Of a stretch of DNA of 38,199 nt, positions 18,828 through 28,748 are shown one piece after another. A program made the translations under genes and the position numbers. The stretch is from contig CAYQJJ010000002.1 in NCBI GenBank assembly GCA_964417745.1, forward strand, positions 1-38,199, written 5' to 3'. Source of the stretch: an uncultured Wenzhouxiangella sp. GTDB taxonomy: Bacteria; Pseudomonadota; Gammaproteobacteria; Xanthomonadales; Wenzhouxiangellaceae. Position 1 is the stretch's first letter; every line of letters begins with the position of its first letter. The notes under the pieces were generated by a model. The model did not search any database and had not been told where the DNA came from. It was given only the letters and a program-made list of their open reading frames with translations.

Positions 18828-19201
18828 ACCAGGCCTCCCCAGATCGCGGCGGTGAAGAGCACGGCCAGGATCACGACCGTCCAGCCCGAGGCATAGGCGC
18901 CGCGCAGGTCGAGCAGCCAGCCCGCGTCCCAGAACAGGTGTCGGATTCCGTTGAGCAGGTGGTAAAACAGCGCGAAAGTCCACAACACCAGGGCCGCGAT
19001 CGCGGCGGGGTGCGCCAGCCAGTCGTTGAAGGTGGCGAAACGATCCGGACCAGCGGCCAGCGCCAGCAGCCAGAAAACGGCCACGACCATGCCGAAGCTG
19101 AGCACGATACCGGAAATCCGGTGCGATATCGAAAGCACCGAGGTCAACTGGGGACGATAGACTTGCAAATGGGGGGAGAGCGGTCGGTCTTCGGTCGCCA
19201 T
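18824..19201 (-). CDS. sdhC: Succinate dehydrogenase cytochrome b556 subunit
   Basis: [30 protein letters not shown]. Confidence 0.95.
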   Translation of the reverse strand: MATEDRPLSPHLQVYRPQLTSVLSISHRISGIVLSFGMVVAVFWLLALAAGPDRFATFNDWLAHPAAIAALVLWTFALFYHLLNGIRHLFWDAGWLLDLRGAYASGWTVVILAVLFTAAIWGGLV

Positions 19202-19238
19202 AGGGTTCTCGTGTATTGGTCAGGATGGGCGAATCGAA

Positions 19239-19424
19239 TCAGAAATCGATGCAACGACCGTTTTTTTCCCAGTCACCGTAGCGCGTCGGGTCGAGACCCT
19301 CGCGGCGTCCACCAATTTCTCGAGGCTCGGTCTGGTCCGACGCCCGGTCATCAATTTCCTCACCTGCCGGTTCGTCGGGCGACCGTGAATCATCGCGACT
19401 CGATCGTTCTTTGCTGTCGTGCAT
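19239..19424 (-). CDS. DUF1674 / SDHAF4 (Sdh8)-like small protein (start 19424 or 19445)
   Basis: C-terminal EIGGRREGLDPTRYGDWEKNGRCIDF signature; directly upstream of sdhC. Confidence 0.88.
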   Translation of the reverse strand: MHDSKERSSRDDSRSPDEPAGEEIDDRASDQTEPREIGGRREGLDPTRYGDWEKNGRCIDF

Positions 19425-19468
19425 TATAGAATTCTCTCCACTCATAATGTGTGATCCACCCCAAGAAT

Positions 19469-20284
19469 ATGACGAATTGGCATCCTCTACCCCACCTGGG
19501 CGCACTTCGCATCAGCGGACCGGACGCGCTGGCATTCGCGCAATCCCAGCTTTGCTCGGATATTAATGAGCTTCCGCCGGGCTTCTGGAGCCCGACTGCC
19601 TGGTGCTCGCCCAAGGGCAATGTAATAGCGGTCATGCTCGCATGCCACCATGAAAATGGCGTGGATTTCATCCTGCCCGCCAGCCAGCAACAAGCCGTCG
19701 CGGCGCGCCTGCCGATGTTTGCCATTGGCCGCAAAGTCTCGATCACCGGATCCACGGCCGTATACGGGTCGCGCGACGAGTCGATAGCCTCGGGTCGCAT
19801 GGCCCAGGACCAACAGCGAAGCTTGTCGATCGAGCCCACCTCGACCCAGCCGGAGTCGACTGAATGGATCAACGACTGGCGCCGCGATGATTTGTGCCTG
19901 CCCCTGCCCTGGATCGGCCCACCGTCGAGCGAGCAGTTCCTGCCCCAGTCGCTCGGACTGGAAGCCATCGGTGGCCTCAGCCACCGCAAGGGCTGCTACC
20001 CGGGCCAGGAAATCATCGCTCGGGTTCACTATCTTGGCAAGCCCAAGTACCAGTTGCTCGGATTCCGCTTCGAGTCTGACGGGGAACCGCCCGCCGAGGG
20101 CGATACCCTGACAACCGACGATGGCGAATCGGCCGGCCGGGTAATCGACGCCCTTCGGCATGCCGAAGGATGCATCGGCCTGGCGGTCAGCCCGACCCGC
20201 ATCGAAACCGGCTGCCGTGTTCGCCGTGACAGCCGCCCGGACGGCCCGCCGGGGCAGATGACGGCCGCTGATGGCCTGTGCTAG
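19469..20284 (+). CDS. ygfZ: YgfZ/GcvT-family folate-binding Fe-S cluster protein
   Basis: ISGPDALAFAQSQL, signature KGCYPGQEIIAR. Confidence 0.9.
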   Translation: MTNWHPLPHLGALRISGPDALAFAQSQLCSDINELPPGFWSPTAWCSPKGNVIAVMLACHHENGVDFILPASQQQAVAARLPMFAIGRKVSITGSTAVYGSRDESIASGRMAQDQQRSLSIEPTSTQPESTEWINDWRRDDLCLPLPWIGPPSSEQFLPQSLGLEAIGGLSHRKGCYPGQEIIARVHYLGKPKYQLLGFRFESDGEPPAEGDTLTTDDGESAGRVIDALRHAEGCIGLAVSPTRIETGCRVRRDSRPDGPPGQMTAADGLC

Positions 20285-20338
20285 TATCGTCAGACAATCT
20301 AAAACAACTCGAATCAGCGGGTTACAAGGGGATTCTGC

Positions 20339-21424
20339 ATGAAAGCCTCAAAGCACGTCTTGCTTGCCGTGGCATTGCTCTTCATCACCGGAGTGGTGCT
20401 GGCTCAGGACACTGGTGACAGCGACGCCGCCGAAACCGATGCGAGCTCAACCACCGCTCAGCAAGATACTTCCGGAAACGATCAGCCTGACGCGACCGCC
20501 GAGGAAGCCGACGGCGCGCGCGAGGAGATGCCCGCTGAACCCGACGATCCGGTCGACGATATCATGTCCGACCCGGGTGCGCCCGAGGTCGAAGCCGAGA
20601 CAGCCCAGCCCGAAGCCATGCCGGATTCAGTCGAGGAACTGCCGGGCGACCCGGTAGCCGACGCCCCGGCCGTGACACCGCCGGGGCAGCAACAAACCTT
20701 CACGCTCCAGGTTCACCCGACCTTCCCCCCGGATCAAGCCGAACGCGTCTACCGGCCGCTGATCAATTACCTCAACTTCACGACGCCTTACCAGTTCCAG
20801 CTGCGGAGCGCGCGGGACTTTCATCGCTATTGGGTCGAGATCCGTCGCGGCGTCATGCCCGACCTGGTCATCGAGGACGCTCACCTGATCGCGCTGCGCA
20901 TGGAGCGTCACGGTTACCAGCCGCTGGTCAAGGCGGCGGAAGATACCTCGTTTTCCTTGATGACCTCGGGCAATCCGGAGGCGGAACTGTCAAATTTTCT
21001 CGGCCGGCCCATCTCCAGCATGCCGGCGCCCAGCCTTGGCTACCTGATTTTGTCGAGCTGGTTCGAGAATCCAATGCAGCAGCCGCTGATCGAATCCAAC
21101 GCCGCATCCTGGCGCGATGCCGTCGAGATCGTGTTTTCCATGGAAGCCGACGCGGCAATCGTTCCGCAAAATCTGGTCGAGCGCTACGTCAACCTGGAAG
21201 TCGTCAGAACTTCGGAAAGCTTCCCGAATGTCACCGTGGCAGCCAGCCCGGATATCCCGGAAGCTGCCCGGGAAGACATCCGCCGCTCACTGCTGGTACT
21301 GCACGACGATCGCGAGTATTTTTCCGCCCTGCACGAGCTCGATATCGATCAATTCGTCGCTGCTGAGCCGGAAGACTATGAGGGCCTGACTTCCTGGCTC
21401 GAACAGGTCTTTTCCTTTCTCTGA
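20339..21424 (+). CDS. PhnD/SsuA-like periplasmic binding protein with long acidic N-terminal extension
   Basis: Sec signal (VVLA/QD), about 95 aa rich in D/E/P/A, then VYRPLINYL, YQPLVK, ADAAIVP, TSESFPNVTVAASPDIP, FVAAEPEDY (PBP type 2 pattern). Confidence 0.75.
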   Translation: MKASKHVLLAVALLFITGVVLAQDTGDSDAAETDASSTTAQQDTSGNDQPDATAEEADGAREEMPAEPDDPVDDIMSDPGAPEVEAETAQPEAMPDSVEELPGDPVADAPAVTPPGQQQTFTLQVHPTFPPDQAERVYRPLINYLNFTTPYQFQLRSARDFHRYWVEIRRGVMPDLVIEDAHLIALRMERHGYQPLVKAAEDTSFSLMTSGNPEAELSNFLGRPISSMPAPSLGYLILSSWFENPMQQPLIESNAASWRDAVEIVFSMEADAAIVPQNLVERYVNLEVVRTSESFPNVTVAASPDIPEAAREDIRRSLLVLHDDREYFSALHELDIDQFVAAEPEDYEGLTSWLEQVFSFL

Positions 21425-21449
21425 CCCGGCTCCGTGACTCGTCCGGCGA

Positions 21450-22268
21450 TCAGCGCTCGGCGACGATGTAGCAAATCCACCCTGCGTCGGCATCGCCGGT
21501 CTCGCTGGGCGTATAGATGCCGTCGCCCTCACCGCTTTCTTCGTCGGTCCCTTCCCAGTACACGGTCGCCCGGCTGAAGCCCGCTTCCAGCAGCAGCTCG
21601 CGGATCTCGGGCAGGGTCCAGAGCCGCCAGTGATACTCGAAGGCCGTATCGAGCTTTGATCGGTCGGGGAATTCGAAGTGGATCCGGCAGGTCATGTGCT
21701 GATTGATCGGGTCGAAACTGGCCTGATCCCAGACGTAGGTGTGGTCGTCGAACTCGGTGCGCTCTTCGAGCTCGCGGTGGGCATCGTAACCACCGAATGC
21801 GTCGAGAAACAGCAACCCATCGTCGACCAGGGCGGCGCGGGCACACTCGAAATAGCGCTTGAGCCGCTCGCGGGTGGTAAACAGGTAGTAGCTGAAGTTC
21901 ATCGCCAGGACACAATCGGCCGGGTCGGTGGCCACTTTCAACACGTCATCCTGATAAAGCGTCAGACGGCGCTTCTCGGCAGCGTTCAGCCGCGCCACGT
22001 GGTTGGCCTGGCCCCAGCCGAGCACTTCCCCATCGAGATCGACACCGATGGCTTCGTGGTCGTCGCCACCGCGCACCCAGGCGCAGGCGGTATTCGCCGT
22101 CCCGCAGAAATCCTCCCGGAGCTTTACCAGCCGCCGTCCGGTTACCGCCTCGAAAGTCTCGGCAACGAATTCAAGCTCGGACTCGGTGTCCTGCACGCTC
22201 GCCTCGTAGAGCAAATGCCGGTCGGCCCGCTCCGCGAGTGACGGGTTTTTTCTTGAGGAGGTGGGCAT
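21450..22268 (-). CDS. Class I SAM-dependent methyltransferase, substrate unknown
   Basis: LREDFCGTA, IGVDLD, DVL, AMNFSY, GLLFLD, WTLPEIRELLLEAGF. Confidence 0.85.
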   Translation of the reverse strand: MPTSSRKNPSLAERADRHLLYEASVQDTESELEFVAETFEAVTGRRLVKLREDFCGTANTACAWVRGGDDHEAIGVDLDGEVLGWGQANHVARLNAAEKRRLTLYQDDVLKVATDPADCVLAMNFSYYLFTTRERLKRYFECARAALVDDGLLFLDAFGGYDAHRELEERTEFDDHTYVWDQASFDPINQHMTCRIHFEFPDRSKLDTAFEYHWRLWTLPEIRELLLEAGFSRATVYWEGTDEESGEGDGIYTPSETGDADAGWICYIVAER

Positions 22269-22318
22269 CTTTTTATTGCAAGTCCTTGGAAAAATTGATG
22301 TTTGTTATGGAAAAGGCT

Positions 22319-22879
22319 TCAGGAACGATCGTGCAGGGCCGGCCATGCCGCGCGCAGATAGGCCACCATGGACACGATGGTCAGCGCCGCGGCAACCAGC
22401 AGCAGCCAGCGCCCGATCTCGAGCACCGGAAGCAGCCACAGGGCCTCTCCGTAGAGCAGGAAGCCGATCGCCACCATCTGCATGATGGTCTTGATCTTGC
22501 CTGTCCAGGCGACCTTGACACGCGCACTCTCGCCCAGTGCGGCCATCCATTCGCGTAACGCCGAGACGGTGATCTCGCGCCCGATGATGATGGCCGCAGC
22601 GAAGGCGAGCAGCATTTCAGGATGGCGCTGCACGATGATGACCAGCGCTACGGTCACCATCAGCTTGTCGGCAACCGGATCGAGAAAGGCACCGAAGTTG
22701 CTGGTCATGCCGAACCGGCGCGCGACCCAGCCATCGAGCCAATCGGTGATCGCAGCCAGTACGAACACCACCACCGCGGCCGCGTTGGCCCATTCCATCG
22801 GCAGATAGAACACCACGACCAGCACCGGGATCATCACGATGCGCATCAAGGTCAGGACAGTGGGAATGGTCAGCGACAC
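22319..22879 (-). CDS. pgsA: CDP-diacylglycerol--glycerol-3-phosphate 3-phosphatidyltransferase
   Basis: TIPTVLTLMRI, TDWLDGWVAR, GAFLDPVADK, GREITVSALREW; GTG start at 22879 with GAAGG RBS. Confidence 0.95.
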   Translation of the reverse strand: MSLTIPTVLTLMRIVMIPVLVVVFYLPMEWANAAAVVVFVLAAITDWLDGWVARRFGMTSNFGAFLDPVADKLMVTVALVIIVQRHPEMLLAFAAAIIIGREITVSALREWMAALGESARVKVAWTGKIKTIMQMVAIGFLLYGEALWLLPVLEIGRWLLLVAAALTIVSMVAYLRAAWPALHDRS

Positions 22880-22945
22880 GGGCGGCCTTCGAACAAGCGA
22901 GTCACGGTCATTATCCCGCAAAACCAGCCAGCCATGTGGCCGCGA

Positions 22946-24757
22946 TCAGGACGAACGCAGATGCTCGGCAATACGCTCGGCCAGTGCGCTGCTGATACCC
23001 GGCACGCGGGCCAGCTCCTCGGGGGTGGCGCGCGAGAGACTCTGCAGGCCGCCGAAGTGCTGCAACAGCCTCTGACGGCGCTGCGGCCCGACACCGGGGA
23101 CCTGCTCCAGCGGTGAGGCCTGCGCGCGCTTTTGTCGGCGCCTGCGGTGGGCAGTGATGGCAAAGCGGTGGGCCTCATCGCGGATCTGCTGGACCAGGTG
23201 GGAGGCCGGGTGATGGGGACCGGGTCGAACCTCGCGATCGCCGAGGATGAAGGTTTCCATGCCCGCCTTGCGCGCCGGCCCCTTGGCCACGCCCATGACG
23301 GGAATGGCGTCGAGGCCGAGCTCGTCGAGAACAGCCCGGGCTCGTCCGGCCTGGCCCTTGCCGCCATCGATGATGACCAGGTCGGGGACCTCGGAACCAT
23401 CGCTGAGCAGCTTCCGGTAGCGTCGGCGCAGCACCTGCTCCATGGCCGCATAATCATCGCCGGGCTCGATACCTTCGATATTGAACTGGCGGTAGTACTT
23501 CTTGAGCGCACCTTCGGGGCCGAACACCACGCACGAGCCCACCGTCTCGGTACCCGAGATATGGCTGATATCAAAACACTCCAGGCGCTGCGGTGGCGAA
23601 GCCAGGTCGATCAGGCTGGCCAGCTCGGACAGCCCCCGACCAATCTGATCGCGCTCGGAAAGCCGGCGCCGGAGCGCATCGTCGGCGTTGGCTACGGCCA
23701 GCTTGATCCATTCGGCGCGCTGCCCGCGCAGACGCCAGCGCAATCCGAGCTTGCCTTCCCGGCGTTCGGCAAGCGCTTCCTTCCAGAGACCGGCCTGATC
23801 GGGCTGGTGCGAAACCAGGATCTCGGCAGGCGGCGGCCGCTCGGCGTAATACTGACCCAGGAAGGCACTCATGATTTCACCGGGCCCGAGCTCGGCGTGC
23901 AGGTTTCCGGGGAAGAAGCAGCGCCCACCGACATTTCGGCCGTGGCGGAACTCGACCACCTGCACAGCCGCCTGGCCCGCGGCGACGCTCAATCCGATGA
24001 CGTCGAGGTTATCGGCGCCATCGGCCACATACTGGCTCGAGCGCACCCGCTGCAGGGTCTGGATGTGATCGCGCAGCACGGCGGCGCGCTCGAAATTCAG
24101 CGCCTCGCTGGCTTCGCGCATGCGCTCGCCGAAGTGCTCGATGACCGCCTCGTCGCGGCCCTTGAGAAATTGCACGGCCGCGCGCGTGTCGCGGGCGTAG
24201 TCTTCCTGGCTGATGTAGTCCACGCAGGGGGCGCTGCAGCGGCCGATCTGGTACTGCAGGCAGGGGCGCGTGCGGTTGTTGTAGACGCTGTCGCGACACT
24301 GGCGCAGCCCGAACAGGCGATAGATCTGGTTGAGCGATTCGCGTACCGCCCCGGCGCTCGAATAGGGGCCGAAATATTGCCCGGAGTGCTTGCGGCTGCC
24401 GCGGTAGAAACCGATGCGCGGATACGGATGGTCGGTTTCCAGGCGGATCCAGGGGTAGGACTTGTCGTCGCGCAGATTGATGTTGAAGCGCGGCCGATGG
24501 GCCTTGATCCACTCGTTTTCCAGCAGCAGGGCCTCGGCCTCGGTACGCGTGAGACTGACTTCCATGTCGGCGATCTTGCGCACCATCAGATTGATGCGTG
24601 GCCCCTTGTCGCGGCGATCGAAATAACTCGCCACCCGGCGACGCAGATTGCGTGCCTTGCCGACGTAGAGCACGCCACCCCGGGCATCGCGCATCAGGTA
24701 GACCCCGGGCCCGGTCGCAAGCGACCGGGCGAATTCCCGCCCGTCGAATTCGCTCAC
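22946..24757 (-). CDS. uvrC: Excinuclease ABC subunit C
   Basis: PGVYLM, LYVGKARNL, FNINLRDDKSYP, ECFDISH, IDGGKGQ, IRDEAHRFA, tandem HhH. Confidence 0.97.
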   Translation of the reverse strand: MSEFDGREFARSLATGPGVYLMRDARGGVLYVGKARNLRRRVASYFDRRDKGPRINLMVRKIADMEVSLTRTEAEALLLENEWIKAHRPRFNINLRDDKSYPWIRLETDHPYPRIGFYRGSRKHSGQYFGPYSSAGAVRESLNQIYRLFGLRQCRDSVYNNRTRPCLQYQIGRCSAPCVDYISQEDYARDTRAAVQFLKGRDEAVIEHFGERMREASEALNFERAAVLRDHIQTLQRVRSSQYVADGADNLDVIGLSVAAGQAAVQVVEFRHGRNVGGRCFFPGNLHAELGPGEIMSAFLGQYYAERPPPAEILVSHQPDQAGLWKEALAERREGKLGLRWRLRGQRAEWIKLAVANADDALRRRLSERDQIGRGLSELASLIDLASPPQRLECFDISHISGTETVGSCVVFGPEGALKKYYRQFNIEGIEPGDDYAAMEQVLRRRYRKLLSDGSEVPDLVIIDGGKGQAGRARAVLDELGLDAIPVMGVAKGPARKAGMETFILGDREVRPGPHHPASHLVQQIRDEAHRFAITAHRRRRQKRAQASPLEQVPGVGPQRRQRLLQHFGGLQSLSRATPEELARVPGISSALAERIAEHLRSS

Positions 24758-25218
24758 GATTGCCGCATCAGCTCCTCGACCAGCCGGTCGGCGGCAACTT
24801 CGAGCATATCGATAACGCGCACAAAACCCTGCCCGCCGCCGTAGTAGGGGTCGGGCACCTCATCGACGCCATAGTCCGGCGCCAGGCTCATGACCAGTTC
24901 GATACGCGCGCTCGACCGGGCTGGCGCCCGTCCAAGCAGTTCGTCGAGATTGCTCCGGTCCATGGCATAGATCCGGTCGAAGCGCTCGAAGTCTTCGAGC
25001 GTCACCTCGCGGGCGCGCTCGGTGGTGATGTCCATGCCCCAGCGCGCGGCATGTTCGATGGCACGAGGATCGGGCGGGTTGCCGGCGTGGAAACCGATCG
25101 TACCGGCCGACTCGGTGTGCAGGCTCAAGCCGGAGCGGGCGAGCTTGTAATCGAACATCGCCTTGGCCGTGGGCGAGCGGCAGATATTGCCCAGGCAAAC
25201 GAAGAGAATACTGTCCAT
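24754..25218 (-). CDS. Low molecular weight protein-tyrosine phosphatase
   Basis: FVCLGNICRS P-loop, VPDPYYGG. Confidence 0.93.
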   Translation of the reverse strand: MDSILFVCLGNICRSPTAKAMFDYKLARSGLSLHTESAGTIGFHAGNPPDPRAIEHAARWGMDITTERAREVTLEDFERFDRIYAMDRSNLDELLGRAPARSSARIELVMSLAPDYGVDEVPDPYYGGGQGFVRVIDMLEVAADRLVEELMRQS

Positions 25219-25260
25219 GGTTCGGAGTCACCTCATTGAAAACGGGGCCGGGAACACGGT

Positions 25261-26010
25261 TCAACTGTTTTGACGAAACCAACCCTGCAATTGTTCCAGA
25301 TCTTCGCGGGTATCCACGCCGACCGGGATTTCCGCGGCCGCGCGCGCGGTACGGATTATCCACCCGGCGGCGAGCGCGCGTAGCTGCTCGAGCGACTCGA
25401 AACGCTCGAGCGGATGTGCCGGCAGATCGCGCCAGGCCTTGAGCGCACCGGCCCGGTAAGCATACAGTCCGACGTGGCGGCAAGCGCCCTGCCCTGGCCA
25501 GCCACCGTCACGGCAGTGCGGAATCGGCGCGCGCGAAAAATACAACGCTCGCCCGGCCCGGTCGCAGACCAGCTTGACCACATTGGGATCGCGCCACTGC
25601 GACTCGTCACTGAGCGACTCCCAGAGGGTGGCCATTCGCGCGTCCGGGTCATCAGCGAGCAGCGCCGCCACCTGGCTCAGGCAGGCAGCCGGCATGACCG
25701 GCTCATCGCCCTGAAGATTGACCACGATGGTCGCATCCGGCAGCGCAAGCTTCTCACTGGCCTCGGCCAGGCGGTCCGTGCCCGAGCGGTGTGCCGGGTC
25801 GGTCATGATGGCATCGCCCCCGGCCGCGGTGACGGCCTCGGCAATCTCGGCACTATCGGTGGCGACAAAAACATCCCGGGCCCCGCTGGCGCGCGCCCGC
25901 TCGAGCGTGCGCACCACCATCGGCTGACCACCCAGGTCGGCCAGTGCCTTGCGCGGCAATCGGGTCGAGGCCAGCCGGGCGGGAACGAGAACCACGAAGT
26001 CATTCGCCAT
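25261..26010 (-). CDS. kdsB: 3-deoxy-manno-octulosonate cytidylyltransferase
   Basis: PARLASTRLP, SGTDRLAE, VNLQGDEP, ALYFSRAPIP, ESLEQLRAL, GVDT. Confidence 0.95.
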   Translation of the reverse strand: MANDFVVLVPARLASTRLPRKALADLGGQPMVVRTLERARASGARDVFVATDSAEIAEAVTAAGGDAIMTDPAHRSGTDRLAEASEKLALPDATIVVNLQGDEPVMPAACLSQVAALLADDPDARMATLWESLSDESQWRDPNVVKLVCDRAGRALYFSRAPIPHCRDGGWPGQGACRHVGLYAYRAGALKAWRDLPAHPLERFESLEQLRALAAGWIIRTARAAAEIPVGVDTREDLEQLQGWFRQNS

Positions 26011-27004
26011 CGGCGAATTCTCGCACATGCCGCTCGACCTGGCCGATAACCGGGTCCGGAAGCCGAGCGCCGACATGCAGCACATCGATTGCCTGGCCGG
26101 TCGAAAGGCGCTCGAGCTTGACGGCATCCTTGGCGGTGGTCACGATCGGGCCGGCCAGCCCACGCAGGTCATCGACCCGGAAGGCATGATGGTCGGGGAA
26201 GGCGTGCAGGCGCGTTTGCATGCCCAGCTGCTCGAGGGTTGCCGCGAATGCTCTCGGATTGGCGATGGCGCAGAGCGCGTCCACGGCCTGACCCGACAAG
26301 GCCTCGGGCGGGCGCGACCGGCCACCGTCAAGCCGCTGCAAGGCCTCCGGAACCAACTCGAATTGCAACCCACCAGGCCGGGTCCAGCCCGCTCCCTTGA
26401 TGAGCACCTGATCGACTGCCTCCAGGCGCTCGACAGGCTGGCGCAGCGGGCCGGCCGGCAGCAGCCAGCCATTGCCCAGACCACGCTGACCGTCGACCAC
26501 GCACAACTCCAGGCTGCGTGCCAGCCGGGCATGCTGCAGCCCATCGTCGGAGATCACAATCCGTGCACCCTCGGCCACCGCCCGGGCCAGGGCCGCATCG
26601 CGGCGACGGGCCACGTAGACCGGAACCTGTGCCCGGCGAGCAATCAGGACCGGCTCATCGCCCGAGCGTGCCGGATCCGAATCGGCATCGACGCGGATCA
26701 CTACCCGGGCGGCAGCCGCGCCATAGCCGCGGCTGATGACGGCCACGGGTTGCCCGAGCCCGGCCAGATGACGGGCCAGCGCAATGACCACCGGCGTCTT
26801 TCCCGTCCCGCCCGCGGTCAGGTTTCCGACCACGATGACCGGAATCGGCGGGCGGGCAGCGGGACGATGCCAGCGCCGTCCCAGTGCCAATCGGTAGAGA
26901 CGCGACATTCCGCGCAGCAGAAGTGGGGGATCGCCGCTGCCGTACCACAGCGCGTTGAGCCGACGTTCGATCAGTCCGCGCACGCGCTCACGCCATTTCC
27001 TCAT
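26000..27004 (-). CDS. lpxK: Tetraacyldisaccharide 4'-kinase (start 27004 or 26983)
   Basis: VGNLTAGGTGKTP, SRGYG, GDEP, DDGLQH, LLPAGPLR, FPDHH, TAKDAVK. Confidence 0.95.
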   Translation of the reverse strand: MRKWRERVRGLIERRLNALWYGSGDPPLLLRGMSRLYRLALGRRWHRPAARPPIPVIVVGNLTAGGTGKTPVVIALARHLAGLGQPVAVISRGYGAAAARVVIRVDADSDPARSGDEPVLIARRAQVPVYVARRRDAALARAVAEGARIVISDDGLQHARLARSLELCVVDGQRGLGNGWLLPAGPLRQPVERLEAVDQVLIKGAGWTRPGGLQFELVPEALQRLDGGRSRPPEALSGQAVDALCAIANPRAFAATLEQLGMQTRLHAFPDHHAFRVDDLRGLAGPIVTTAKDAVKLERLSTGQAIDVLHVGARLPDPVIGQVERHVREFADGE

Positions 27005-28748
27005 CCTGCAGTTGCAGGCGATGCAGGTACTGGTAGAGACCGTCGGGGTGGCCCAGCAGCTCAGCATGCGTGCCGCGCTCGACGATGTGCCCGCGGTCGA
27101 CCACGACCACCTGGTCGGCGCGCTTGACGGTCGCCAGGCGGTGGGCGATGACCAGCGTCGTCCGGTCGGCCATCAGATTGGCCAGCGCGGCCTGCACGTG
27201 GCGTTCCGACTCGGCATCAAGCGCTGACGTCGCTTCGTCGAGAATCAGGATGGGTGCGTCCTTGAGCAGGGCGCGCGCCACCGCGATGCGCTGGCGTTGA
27301 CCGCCCGAGAGCAGCGCGCCATCCTCACCAATGGCGGTATCGAGGCCCTCGGGCAGGCGCTCGATAAACTCCATGGCATGGGCCTGCCGGGCAACTTCTG
27401 CGATGCGCTCGCGGCTGACCCGGGCGTTCGACCCGTAAGCGATATTGCCGGCCACGCTGTCGTTGAACAGCACCACATCCTGACTGACCAGCGCGATCTG
27501 GCGCCGGAGGGCGTCGAGGCGGAAATCGTTGATATCGACGCCGTCGATGGAGATGGAACCCGATTGCGGCAGGTAAAAACGCGGCAGCAGCTTGGCCAGT
27601 GTCGACTTCCCCGAACCCGAACGACCGACCAGCGCCGTCAGGCTGCCGGGAGCAATGGTCAGGTCGACCGACTCCAGGGCGGGCGATTCGGCATCCGGGT
27701 AGTGGAAGGTCACGTCACGAATCTCGATGCGGCCCTCGACGCGGCCCGGGTCGTGACTGCCGGTATCCGGTTCGGCCGGCGCATCGAGTACACGGAAAAT
27801 GCTGTCGGCCGCGGCCAGGCCCTTTTCGATGACCACGTGCATCTTGGTCAGGCGTTTGAGCGGCGGAATACAGGCCACCATGGCGGCCAGCACCGACATG
27901 AAGATTCCGGCGGTGACCTCGGTGCGCATGAATTCGCTGGCCGCGATAACCAGCAACACGATGACCGCCAGCCCGGCGGCGAGCTGGATGAGCGAGGATG
28001 ACACCAGCTGGGTCGCGGTCAGGCGCAGGTGCAGTCGGCGGTTGTTTTCGTTGATGTTGGAAAACGAGCTTCGCTCCCGGTCGCGTCCGCCGAAGACCTT
28101 GATGACCTCATGGCCATTGACCGCCTCCTCGGTGATGTGAGTCACATCACCCATCGAATCCTGGATTCGCGTCGAAATGCGCCGAAAACGACTCGAAATG
28201 ACCGTGACGACCAGGAAAATGACGGGAACCAGCAGTAACATCGCAAGCGTCAGGCGCCACGACTGGATCAGCATCACCCCGACCAGCGCAACCACGGTGA
28301 GAATGTCACGCACCGCGCCGATCAGCGCCGTGGTCGCCGCCTGGGCGACCTGCTCGGCGTTGTAGGTCAGCCGCGAGATCATCTGCCCGGACGAATAGCG
28401 GTCGAAATGGCTTGCCGGCAGTTCGAGATAGCGGTCGAAAAGGTCGGCGCGCAGGTCGGCAATGACGCGCCTGCCGACCCATTCCATGCCGAAAACCCCG
28501 CCGAAGTTGCCGACGATTCTAAGCAGCACCGCGGCCAGCACCAATCCCGGCAGCCACAGGCTGAAGGCCGGGTCGGTAGCGACGATGGTTTCGTCGATCA
28601 GCGGTCGCAGCAGGTAAAAGAACAGGCCCTGGCCGGCAGCATCGAGGGAAACCGCCAGAATCGCCAGCACGAAGATCAGCCGCTGACGCGCGACGTAGTG
28701 GAGCAGCCGGCGGTAGACAGCCCGGGCCGGCGCGTGGGTCGCGCTCAC
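26988..28748 (-). CDS. msbA: Lipid A export ABC transporter MsbA
   Basis: TMD plus NBD; GRSGSGKST, LSGGQRQR, ILDEATSALD; directly upstream of lpxK. Confidence 0.93.
   Translation of the reverse strand: MSATHAPARAVYRRLLHYVARQRLIFVLAILAVSLDAAGQGLFFYLLRPLIDETIVATDPAFSLWLPGLVLAAVLLRIVGNFGGVFGMEWVGRRVIADLRADLFDRYLELPASHFDRYSSGQMISRLTYNAEQVAQAATTALIGAVRDILTVVALVGVMLIQSWRLTLAMLLLVPVIFLVVTVISSRFRRISTRIQDSMGDVTHITEEAVNGHEVIKVFGGRDRERSSFSNINENNRRLHLRLTATQLVSSSLIQLAAGLAVIVLLVIAASEFMRTEVTAGIFMSVLAAMVACIPPLKRLTKMHVVIEKGLAAADSIFRVLDAPAEPDTGSHDPGRVEGRIEIRDVTFHYPDAESPALESVDLTIAPGSLTALVGRSGSGKSTLAKLLPRFYLPQSGSISIDGVDINDFRLDALRRQIALVSQDVVLFNDSVAGNIAYGSNARVSRERIAEVARQAHAMEFIERLPEGLDTAIGEDGALLSGGQRQRIAVARALLKDAPILILDEATSALDAESERHVQAALANLMADRTTLVIAHRLATVKRADQVVVVDRGHIVERGTHAELLGHPDGLYQYLHRLQLQDEEMA

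Noticed and set aside
18451-18983. N-terminal extensions of sdhA (to 18759) and sdhD (to 18983) in the ORF track
   Set aside because: They overlap sdhD and sdhC; ATGA-coupled starts at 18450 and 18827 fit the families.
22269-22318. Possible tRNA or IHF/dif-like site after pgsA
   Set aside because: Too short for a tRNA, no T-loop motif, and only a partial IHF match.
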